Source: Methylophaga sp. (GTDB lineage: Bacteria; Pseudomonadota; Gammaproteobacteria; Nitrosococcales; Methylophagaceae). Taken from it: a DNA stretch of 64,000 bases. Location of the stretch: NCBI RefSeq assembly GCF_048266885.1, contig NZ_JBLWYR010000013.1, forward strand, positions 6,783 to 70,782. Reading direction: 5' to 3'. The position numbers and the translations under genes were made by a program. The notes beneath the pieces were generated by a model. The model did no database searches and was not told the DNA's origin. It saw nothing but the letters and a program-made list of their open reading frames with translations. Shown here in pieces: positions 47,185-57,450 of the stretch (within the stretch, counting starts at the first letter, position 1; each line of letters opens with the position of its first letter).

Positions 47185-48234
47185 ATGTCATTATCGTTGG
47201 ATAAAGCACTGCATAATCATTTCCAACGCAGTCAGCGTTGGGGCTTTACCTGGGCTTTATGGACTGCTGTTCTCTGGGGAGCATGGTATGTCCCTGGTAC
47301 AGCAATGTGGTATGAAGAACCCTTTGTCAGCATTCATAGCGGAGATCACGGCATGCGTCTGGCCGCCACGGCCGTTATGACCTGGATCCATGCTGTTGTA
47401 GTGCTACTGTTTCTGATCATCTGGAACGGCATGCTGGGCAAGTTACGTGACTATGGTCGCACCATTGTGCGTTTCAGACGTATCTCCAAATGGTATGCAC
47501 TAGCTTCTTTGTGTGGTGGTCCGATGGCCATTTTTGGCTCGTATATGGCGATGGGCTATGTTGGCCCTGTGTTTGCGGCAATTACCTCGCTATTTTATCC
47601 CGTTGTCGGAGCAATAATTGCGCGACTCTGGTATCACGAAAAAATCTCCGGCCGTGCTGCACTGGGCATGGCAATCATTATCATGGGCGGTATGGTTATT
47701 TACGGCCCAGGCCTGTTTGGTGAGATTGATATCAGCGAAAACTACGCCTGGCTGGGGTATGTGGGTGGCATCATGTCGGCTATAGGTTGGGGGGCAGAGG
47801 GGGCGGTAGCGTCGCGTGCGATGGATGTTACTGATCCTGATGTTGGTATCCAATGTCGCTTCAGCTTTGAAATTCTGTTTTGGGGCATTCTGGTATTACC
47901 GATGATTTACCTGCTGACAGATTTACCCATTGTCACGTTGATTGTAGATATGCTGACCAGCCCGATGGTGATGATCTGGATGGTGTTGGCTTCGATTGCG
48001 CATGCATATTGTTACACCGCTTTTTATAAGAGTTTTTCACTGATTGGTGTGGGCCGGGGCGAGGCGATAGGTAATTTATACGGGGTGTTTGCCGTATTGT
48101 TTGTTATGGCATTCACGCTGGAACTCCCCGAATGGTATTTTGTGTTGGGCCTAATTCTGACCGTAACCGGCAGCTTTGTTATGTATCGTGAACCGGCTGA
48201 AAACATTTCTACTCTTCGTGAGGTGGAATCATGA
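47185..48234 (+). CDS. Polytopic membrane transporter (about 10 TM, DMT/EamA-like by appearance)
   Basis: 349 aa with two halves of ~5 TM each. It follows ribB by 9 nt. The family assignment is tentative. Confidence 0.5.
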   Translation: MSLSLDKALHNHFQRSQRWGFTWALWTAVLWGAWYVPGTAMWYEEPFVSIHSGDHGMRLAATAVMTWIHAVVVLLFLIIWNGMLGKLRDYGRTIVRFRRISKWYALASLCGGPMAIFGSYMAMGYVGPVFAAITSLFYPVVGAIIARLWYHEKISGRAALGMAIIIMGGMVIYGPGLFGEIDISENYAWLGYVGGIMSAIGWGAEGAVASRAMDVTDPDVGIQCRFSFEILFWGILVLPMIYLLTDLPIVTLIVDMLTSPMVMIWMVLASIAHAYCYTAFYKSFSLIGVGRGEAIGNLYGVFAVLFVMAFTLELPEWYFVLGLILTVTGSFVMYREPAENISTLREVES

Positions 48235-48536
48235 AACTACCACAAAAGGGTTTTCTGCTGATCACGCTAAATCAGTACCCGAGTTTGTGGGATTTTGAAT
48301 TGATTCAACGTGCAATGGTTGAATATGAGCTGCAGGGCCATTACTGGATAAATCATTTTAGTATTGCTTTGGATGAGCTGGCCTCGGCCGGACTCATTAA
48401 GCGTATCGGACATCGGCTTGATGATGGTGATGCTATTACGAAGGATCGCTTATTGTTTGAGTTTGCGTTGTCTGATTTTGGTCGACAACGCATGTTGGAT
48501 ACTGGTTTATTAGATGGAGAAACAACTAATGACTGA
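48231..48536 (+). CDS. Hypothetical soluble protein
   Basis: 101 aa with an ATGA overlap with the transporter gene. No family recognised. Confidence 0.5.
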   Translation: MKLPQKGFLLITLNQYPSLWDFELIQRAMVEYELQGHYWINHFSIALDELASAGLIKRIGHRLDDGDAITKDRLLFEFALSDFGRQRMLDTGLLDGETTND

Positions 48537-48639
48537 ATTCTGGGGGTATCCTTACGCCGATGTACTGGCTTTTGTGATTATATTCGCGCTCAGCCTCGTG
48601 GCTTTAGTCTGTGCAAGAATATTTGTCAAAACGTATTAA
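48529..48639 (+). CDS. Possible 36-aa single-TM peptide
   Basis: My own translation is MTEFWGYPYADVLAFVIIFALSLVALVCARIFVKTY. The ATG overlaps the upstream stop (ATGACTGA) and GGAG lies 10 nt upstream. It is too short to be confident. Confidence 0.25.
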   Translation: MTEFWGYPYADVLAFVIIFALSLVALVCARIFVKTY

Positions 48640-48863
48640 GTCTCTATAACTCCAGTCAGCTATTCATCTACTCCCTTGGAAGTACATCTAAAGATGTGTT
48701 GCCATATTCTGTCTAAAGCAATCATATTGTCAGATACCCAGCTTCTAGCTGTTCGTTAATTGCATTTTGGTTATAAGCAATTAACGCATCTTCAATGCGT
48801 GATAATGTAAACAATAATAATTAAAAAATACGGCCATAGAGCTGTAACTTCAGGGGCAAACGG

Positions 48864-50576
48864 GTGAGAGAGCCATCAGTATCTGCCAATGTGGCGACCG
48901 TTGATTTATTGGCCGAAAACAGGGCTGATCCATCAACGTTGCACCGCCGAATCAACTGGACCGGAGCCTTCTGGGTAGCAAGTGGCGTGCCGGCACTTGT
49001 TCTGTTTTCCATGGGAGCCGTTGCTGCTACAGTCGGCCAACCCGCTTGGCTGATATGGATTGTTTCTATCAGCTTTGGTTTTCTGCAAGCTTTTACCTAT
49101 GCCGAAATTGCCGGACTATTTCCACATAAAACTGGTGGTGCATCAGTATACGGGGCAGTGGCCTGGATCCGATATATCAAGATTGTTGCGCCAGTCTCCG
49201 TGTGGTGCAACTGGATAGCCTGGGGACCCGTACTGGCGATTGGTTCAGGATTGGCAGCCGGTTATATTCTCTCCGCCCTGTTTGCTCCAGATGCAGTTAT
49301 TAATAGCTGGCAAATCACGCTGGTCGACCTGTCTTACCTGAAAGACGGTCTGAGCTTACGTATCAATGCAACCTTTATCATCGGCAGTGCACTGATGCTG
49401 GTGGTGTTTGCTATCCAGAATGGCGGCATACTTCGCTCGGCTCGAGCCACAATGATCTTTGGTTTGACCGGTTTATTGCCCTTATTGATGGTGGGACTGG
49501 TACCACTGATTACCGGGGATTTACCGTTATCTAATATCACACCACTGACACCACTGGCGTATGACTCGATTGGCAATGTCATCGAAGGCGAGTGGAACCT
49601 TGAAGGCTGGAAACTGATGGCCGGAGGTCTGTTTATTGCAGCCTGGTCAACTTATGGTTTTGAAACAGCAGTCTGTTATACACGGGAATTCAAAAATCCC
49701 AAAAGTGACACGTTTAAGGCGATCTTTTTTTCCGGTTTATTGTGTATTGCAGTGTTTACGCTGGTGCCATTGGCATTTCAGGGACACTTGGGATTGGGGC
49801 AGCTTGTAGAGCGGGAGACACTTAACAGTGCGGGGCAATTAGTCGCACCGGCCATTTATGATGGCATGTTATCGGCAGAAATCTATAGTGGCATGGGTGT
49901 GGCGAACGTACTGGCAGGTATTCTTGGCGGCGACAGTATGTTTGCTAATGTGTTTGTGGTTATGTTGGTTCTGGCATTAATGTTATCAGTGATGACCACC
50001 ATGGCGGGTTCCTCACGAACCCTGTATCAGGGGGCGGTTGACGGGATGTTACCGCGTTATCTGTCCAAGGTGAATGAGCAGGGTGCCCCGACGGCTGCAA
50101 TGTGGACCAATCTGATTGTCAACCTAGTGCTGCTTAGCATGTCTGACTATGTATTCCTGCTGGCAGCTTCGAATGTAGGGTATATCATTTTCAATTTCCT
50201 CAACCTCAATGCCGGCTGGATCCATCGACTGGATCGGCCTAATTGGGAACGGCCTTATCGAGCGCCAACACTACTGATTGTGATTGGCACTATATTGTCC
50301 TATTTCAATATGGTTTTGATGGGAATGGGAGCGAATGTCTGGGGGAAAGGCACCCTGATGAGTGGCATTCTGCTGGCATTGCTGGTGATTCCGATCTTTA
50401 TTTGGCGCCATTATGTGGTGGATAAAGGCATATTTCCCAAAGCGATGCGTGAAGACATGTCACTGGATGAAAATGGCGGAGACATTATCTGTCGTGCTGG
50501 TATTTTGCCTTATCTGGTCTTGCTGGCTGGCATTCTGATTGTCTTTTTCAGCAGTTTGCTGGTGGCCGAGCTGTAG
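48864..50576 (+). CDS. APC-superfamily amino acid/amine permease (paralogue of 43293-44771), upstream of tmd
   Basis: 570 aa and polytopic. The only in-frame start near the N-terminus is a GTG at 48864, with AGGGG upstream. There is an extra C-terminal extension with 2 TM. Confidence 0.7.
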   Translation: MREPSVSANVATVDLLAENRADPSTLHRRINWTGAFWVASGVPALVLFSMGAVAATVGQPAWLIWIVSISFGFLQAFTYAEIAGLFPHKTGGASVYGAVAWIRYIKIVAPVSVWCNWIAWGPVLAIGSGLAAGYILSALFAPDAVINSWQITLVDLSYLKDGLSLRINATFIIGSALMLVVFAIQNGGILRSARATMIFGLTGLLPLLMVGLVPLITGDLPLSNITPLTPLAYDSIGNVIEGEWNLEGWKLMAGGLFIAAWSTYGFETAVCYTREFKNPKSDTFKAIFFSGLLCIAVFTLVPLAFQGHLGLGQLVERETLNSAGQLVAPAIYDGMLSAEIYSGMGVANVLAGILGGDSMFANVFVVMLVLALMLSVMTTMAGSSRTLYQGAVDGMLPRYLSKVNEQGAPTAAMWTNLIVNLVLLSMSDYVFLLAASNVGYIIFNFLNLNAGWIHRLDRPNWERPYRAPTLLIVIGTILSYFNMVLMGMGANVWGKGTLMSGILLALLVIPIFIWRHYVVDKGIFPKAMREDMSLDENGGDIICRAGILPYLVLLAGILIVFFSSLLVAEL

Positions 50577-50737
50577 CCCCAACCCCCCAGCATTTTTTTC
50601 TTTCCATAATTCATGTATTGGCATCAATTTCAACTGATGGCTAAATGTGTGCTCATTAAGGCATATCTGACAGCTCCTATGCTATCTCCGACAGAGTAAC
50701 CACTTCGCTCAAGCCTCACGTACTTCCTAGGTGGTAA

Positions 50738-53008
<2,271 letters not shown>

Positions 53009-53024
53009 ATAGCAGGAACCGGTT

Positions 53025-53050
53025 GTGTGCTGTCGATTGTGACAGCACAC
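53025..53050 (+). other. Intercistronic stem-loop between tmd and the EtfD-like gene
   Basis: A perfect 10-bp stem, gtgtgctgtc (53025-53034) / gacagcacac (53041-53050), with a 6-nt loop. No T-run follows. Confidence 0.4.
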
Positions 53051-53098
53051 CTTCCGTTTGCTCAATCATTATGAATTTCCCAGGAAAGTAGGTGTGTC

Positions 53099-55234
53099 AT
53101 GAATGAAGCACATGAAATTACTCGAATTCTGTTTGAAGGCTTTTCAAACTGGTCAATTTATCTTTTCTACGTAATCGGATATACCGCTATCGGTATATTT
53201 ATTTACGGTGTTTATGTGCAGATCCGCAAGTATCGTCGCGGCAAGCCTGATGCTTCTTGGGGTGAGTTTTTTGCACGCTTTAAAGACATGTGCAAGACCA
53301 TGGCAACGCATCGCACCCTTAAACGGCGTGATAAGTCAGCTGGTCGGGCACATGCACTAATATTTTTCGGCTTTGTGCTGCTGTTTATCGGCACAGCCAC
53401 GATTACCCTCGAATACGACATTCTGGAACCGATATTTGGTATCACGTTCTGGTATGGCGATTTTTATCTGTGGTTCTCTTTGATTCTGGATCTGGCCGGT
53501 GTCGGCCTGATTGGGGGGCTGCTATATATGATGTACCGCAGAAAATGGTTAAAGCTGCCCAAGCTTGACTATGCTCGCCCGGATCGTGAACCCGGCGATC
53601 CTGATTATGATCGCAGTGGTTACCGCCGCGAAGACTGGGCTTTTTTATGGGCGCTTATTCTGATTGGTGTAACCGGCTTTTTACTGGAGTCTGCTCGACT
53701 AGTCTGGTTAAGCGATACCCCCACGGTTTGGGACTATCGTTGGTGGTCACCGATCGGCGCCCTGGGGGCGTATATGATGATGGGACTGGGCATGGGAGCT
53801 GAAGCAGCAGGTAGTTTCCGTACTGGCCTTTGGTGGTTCCATGGTGTGTTGGCCTTGTCCTTTGTCGCACTGATTCCGTATACCAAAGTTAAACATATCT
53901 TCACCGCATCAGCGTCTTTGATGTTCCGTGATCCGATGGCAGGCAAGCGTTTGCCAAGTGTACCGGAAGACCAGGAAGACATCGGTGTTAAAACCATTAC
54001 TGACCTTACCTGGAAACAGTTACTGCATCTGGATTCCTGTACCAAGTGTGGCCGTTGCCATGAAGCTTGTCCAGCAACTACCGTAGGTGCCCCGCTATCT
54101 CCGCGTGATGTGATCCTGTCATTACGTGAATTTGCTAATAAATCCTTGCAAGCCAAAGAGCTCCCAGAACAGGCTGAGCTGGATGTACATGGCAAGGATG
54201 TGGGACAGGTATTTATGGAAACCCTGTGGTCCTGTCGTACTTGTATGGCCTGTGTGGAGATTTGTCCAGTAGCGATCGAGCATGTGCCTATTATCGTGCA
54301 GATGCGTCGCAAGCTTGTGGATGAAGGCAATATGGAACCTATCTTGCAGAAAACTATGCAGTCATTCCATAAAAACGGTAACTCGATGGGCGAATCAAAA
54401 CGCAAACGCCCGCGCTGGACCAAGGATCTGCCGTTTACCATTAAAGATGCACGAAAAGAGCCGGTTGATGTGATGTGGTTTGTCGGCGACTACGCTTCTT
54501 TTGATCCCCGTAACCAAGTCGTGACACGTTCTTTTGCCCGTTTGATGATGCAGGCTGGCGTCGATTTTGGCTTGCTCTATGAAGCCGAAATGAACGCCGG
54601 TAATGATGTGCGTCGTGTCGGTGAGGAGGGGCTCTATGAGTTTCTCGCCAATGCCAATATTAGCACTTTGGAAAAATGTGATTTCAACTCGATTGTGACC
54701 ACTGACCCACACTCATTCAACACTATTCGTAATGAGTATCCGGATTTTGGTGGCGAGTTTGAAATTCAGCATTACACCACCTTGCTCAAGCAGTTATTCG
54801 AACAGGGCAAACTCAAGCTCAACAAAAAGCTCGATTATCGGGTGACATTCCATGACCCATGCCATCTTGGTCGTTATAACAAAGGCTATGACGCACCTCG
54901 TGAATTGATCAAGTTGCTGGGGTGCGAGCTGATTGAAATGGACCGTAACCGGGACAACTCATTCTGCTGTGGTGCCGGCGGTGGTCGTATCTGGATCCCG
55001 GATCCGGTCGGCATTGAGAAACCGTCTGAGAACCGTATGCGTGAAGCAGCAGAGATTGAAGAGCTGGATGTGTTTATCGTGTCATGCCCGAAAGATCTGA
55101 CCATGTTTGAGGATGCACTGAAAACGGCTGGTTATGAAGGCAAATTCGTAGTGAAAGAATTGATTGAGCTGGTCAACGAATGTGTCGAGTTTGATGAAGT
55201 TGAGGTCATCGATGCCGATGTTGTTTCCGCCTGA
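53099..55234 (+). CDS. Membrane-bound Fe-S oxidoreductase, EtfD / HdrD-DsrK-like (2x[4Fe-4S] + 2 CCG domains fused to a polytopic N-domain)
   Basis: 711 aa. The N-terminal ~270 aa has 5-6 TM segments. These are followed by CTKCGRCHEACP and CRTCMACVEICP, then Cys-rich CCG motifs (FHDPCHLGRYN, NSFCCGAGGG). Confidence 0.8.
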   Translation: MNEAHEITRILFEGFSNWSIYLFYVIGYTAIGIFIYGVYVQIRKYRRGKPDASWGEFFARFKDMCKTMATHRTLKRRDKSAGRAHALIFFGFVLLFIGTATITLEYDILEPIFGITFWYGDFYLWFSLILDLAGVGLIGGLLYMMYRRKWLKLPKLDYARPDREPGDPDYDRSGYRREDWAFLWALILIGVTGFLLESARLVWLSDTPTVWDYRWWSPIGALGAYMMMGLGMGAEAAGSFRTGLWWFHGVLALSFVALIPYTKVKHIFTASASLMFRDPMAGKRLPSVPEDQEDIGVKTITDLTWKQLLHLDSCTKCGRCHEACPATTVGAPLSPRDVILSLREFANKSLQAKELPEQAELDVHGKDVGQVFMETLWSCRTCMACVEICPVAIEHVPIIVQMRRKLVDEGNMEPILQKTMQSFHKNGNSMGESKRKRPRWTKDLPFTIKDARKEPVDVMWFVGDYASFDPRNQVVTRSFARLMMQAGVDFGLLYEAEMNAGNDVRRVGEEGLYEFLANANISTLEKCDFNSIVTTDPHSFNTIRNEYPDFGGEFEIQHYTTLLKQLFEQGKLKLNKKLDYRVTFHDPCHLGRYNKGYDAPRELIKLLGCELIEMDRNRDNSFCCGAGGGRIWIPDPVGIEKPSENRMREAAEIEELDVFIVSCPKDLTMFEDALKTAGYEGKFVVKELIELVNECVEFDEVEVIDADVVSA

Positions 55235-56615
55235 TACGCGTCTGCCGGAGACTGCTGATGCACTGATTAACTGTGCGCTAAGCAGTGGTGATCTGCATAG
55301 TGCAGCAGCAGTGTTTGAACTCGCTGAGGGGCAGCAAAAACAGCAGTTGCGCGACATACTCTGTGAAGAGCGTCGCGACACACTGCTGCTAGCTCGGTGG
55401 GAACACACACCAACGGCTGTGCTACAAATGCTGGCGGAAATTGATGATGAAACCGTCAGATTAAGACTGGATAAAAATCCTGCCAGTGGTGCTGCTACGT
55501 TGAACACTATTTATAAAAACAGTGGCCATGACAGGCAGTTGCTTAGTCTGCTAACTCAGCATGCTCACAGTTCTTCGTCATTACTGAACCGTCTGGCGAT
55601 GAGCGAAGATGATATACCGATCCTCAAATCTATTGCGGCGCATCCCAATACCGATGCTGCTACGTTGATTAGTCTTGAAAACCGTTATCACGGCATGTTT
55701 GATAATGAATTGGCCGTGCATGCTGAAACACCGACTGCATTGCTGGAAACACTCTACCAGCGTGGCAACTGTTTTATCCGAGCGGCTGTGGTTGCGCATA
55801 TATCCTGCCCACAACATTTGTTGGAAATAGCCTTTAATGAGACTGATACAACAATTTTACGGCACCTGGCGGCAAATCCACGGATAGCCTCGGAAAAATT
55901 GACGATTCTGGCTCAACATGATGATGTCAGCGTATTGCGTACTTTGGCTGGTAACCCGTCTCTGAGTACAGAACTGGCTAATCAGATGATCAGGAACAGT
56001 TCTAATAGTGTGCGTCGTGTGCTGGCCTGCCGAACCGACCTTACTGAAGAAAATTTACAGCGATTGGTAAACGATGAAGACCACTGGGTGAGGCAGTGGA
56101 TAGCTCGTCATCCCCAGTTAAACGAACTTATGTTTAATCAACTGGCCCTGGATCAGAATGATGAAGTTCGCCGTGCCGTAGCCAGAAATCCACTGACACC
56201 AATCGACCTACTCAGACAGCTGTCTGAAGATAGCAGTGTCTGGGTTAGGGCGGGAGTTGCTTATCAAAAGAACACACCAGTTGATGTACTCAGTATGTTG
56301 GCTGAAGAAGATGATGTTGATGTGCTCAGTGGCGTGGCTAGCAACCCAAATACAACACAAGCCATTTTGATAAGACTGTCTGGCTCACAACAGACCGATA
56401 TCCGTCGTGGCGTGATTATCAATCCACAGGTGGAACGCGAAACGTTGCTGCCTCTGCTTGAAGACCCTTATTACTTACACCGGTTAATGCTGATATCCAA
56501 TCCGGCGCTGAATGATGGCGATCGCTGGAGTTTGCATGACGATCCTGATCTATCAGTTCGTTTTATGGTTTTTAAATGGTTTACCCAGAAATATTTGCAG
56601 CCTTCGCTGCATTAG
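55212..56615 (+). CDS. LRV/HEAT-like repeat protein, unknown function
   Basis: About 467 aa from ATG 55212, overlapping the upstream stop by 23 nt. It has at least ten tandem ~26-aa units of the form ..V(R/L)..(L/V)A.(N/H)P......L..L.., e.g. VRRAVARNPLTPIDLLRQL, VLSGVASNPNTTQAILIRL, ILRHLAANPRIASEKLTIL. Confidence 0.65.
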   Translation: MPMLFPPDTRLPETADALINCALSSGDLHSAAAVFELAEGQQKQQLRDILCEERRDTLLLARWEHTPTAVLQMLAEIDDETVRLRLDKNPASGAATLNTIYKNSGHDRQLLSLLTQHAHSSSSLLNRLAMSEDDIPILKSIAAHPNTDAATLISLENRYHGMFDNELAVHAETPTALLETLYQRGNCFIRAAVVAHISCPQHLLEIAFNETDTTILRHLAANPRIASEKLTILAQHDDVSVLRTLAGNPSLSTELANQMIRNSSNSVRRVLACRTDLTEENLQRLVNDEDHWVRQWIARHPQLNELMFNQLALDQNDEVRRAVARNPLTPIDLLRQLSEDSSVWVRAGVAYQKNTPVDVLSMLAEEDDVDVLSGVASNPNTTQAILIRLSGSQQTDIRRGVIINPQVERETLLPLLEDPYYLHRLMLISNPALNDGDRWSLHDDPDLSVRFMVFKWFTQKYLQPSLH

Positions 56616-56653
56616 AAATGCTGTTTTATACAGTCAACTAGGAGAGAAATCTG

Positions 56654-57448
56654 ATGAAAATACTGGTTGCAGTTAAAGAAGTCGCTGCATTAGATGAAGA
56701 CTTCGAAATTCGTGATGATGAGCTTGATGTCGATGAGGATTTTCTGCTTTACGACCTCAACGAGTGGGATGATTTTTCACTTGAAGAAGCGATGGTTATC
56801 AAAGAGTCTTCTGATACCGAAGTCGAAGTAGTCGTGGTATCGGTAGGGCCGGAAAGAGTCGATGACATTCTCAGAAAGTGCCTTGCCAAAGGGGCTGATC
56901 GGGCAATCCGGGTCTGGGATGATGCTATGGAAGGTTCTGACTCAGTGACGATTGGTCGCGTTTTGTCAGCAGTCGTCGAAAAAGAAAAACCGGATATGGT
57001 GTTTGCTGGTGTGCAGTCATCCGATGATGCAGCCGGTTCAACTGGTATTTCACTGGCTGCCAGCCTGAACTGGCCCCATGCCGCCGTTGTTGCAGGACTT
57101 GAATATCAGCCGGGCAGTAACAAAGCCAAAATCACCCGTGAACTTGAAGGCGGATTGTCTCAGGAAGTTGAAATTGACTGTCCATCGGTGCTCACCATTC
57201 AACTGGGTATCAATACTCCCCGTTATGCTTCGCTGCGTGGAATCAAACAGGCGGCAGCCAAACCTATTGATGAAGTCAGCCTGAGCGATTTGGGCTTAAG
57301 TGAAAGTGATGTTGGTGGTGATGCGGCTCTGTCACGTGTCCGGCGTATGTATATTCCTGAAAAAGGGATGGCTTCAATGATTGAAGGAACGCCTGCAGAA
57401 CAGGCCGCCAAGCTGGCTGAAATTATTCGTGAGTTCAAAGGGGAATAA
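56654..57448 (+). CDS. etfB: Electron transfer flavoprotein beta subunit
   Basis: 264 aa. MKILVAVKEVAALDEDFEI..., GADRAIRVWD and FAGVQSSDDAAGSTG are typical of EtfB. Confidence 0.9.
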   Translation: MKILVAVKEVAALDEDFEIRDDELDVDEDFLLYDLNEWDDFSLEEAMVIKESSDTEVEVVVVSVGPERVDDILRKCLAKGADRAIRVWDDAMEGSDSVTIGRVLSAVVEKEKPDMVFAGVQSSDDAAGSTGISLAASLNWPHAAVVAGLEYQPGSNKAKITRELEGGLSQEVEIDCPSVLTIQLGINTPRYASLRGIKQAAAKPIDEVSLSDLGLSESDVGGDAALSRVRRMYIPEKGMASMIEGTPAEQAAKLAEIIREFKGE

Positions 57449-57450
57449 TC

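Noticed and set aside
50677-50695. Sigma-54-like element upstream of tmd (aaggcatatctgacagc) and TGGCA-containing strings near 50764 and 29494
   Set aside because: The GG-to-GC spacing is 11 nt or far longer, instead of 10, and the -12 region lacks TTGC. They do not fit the consensus, unlike the dmmD candidate.
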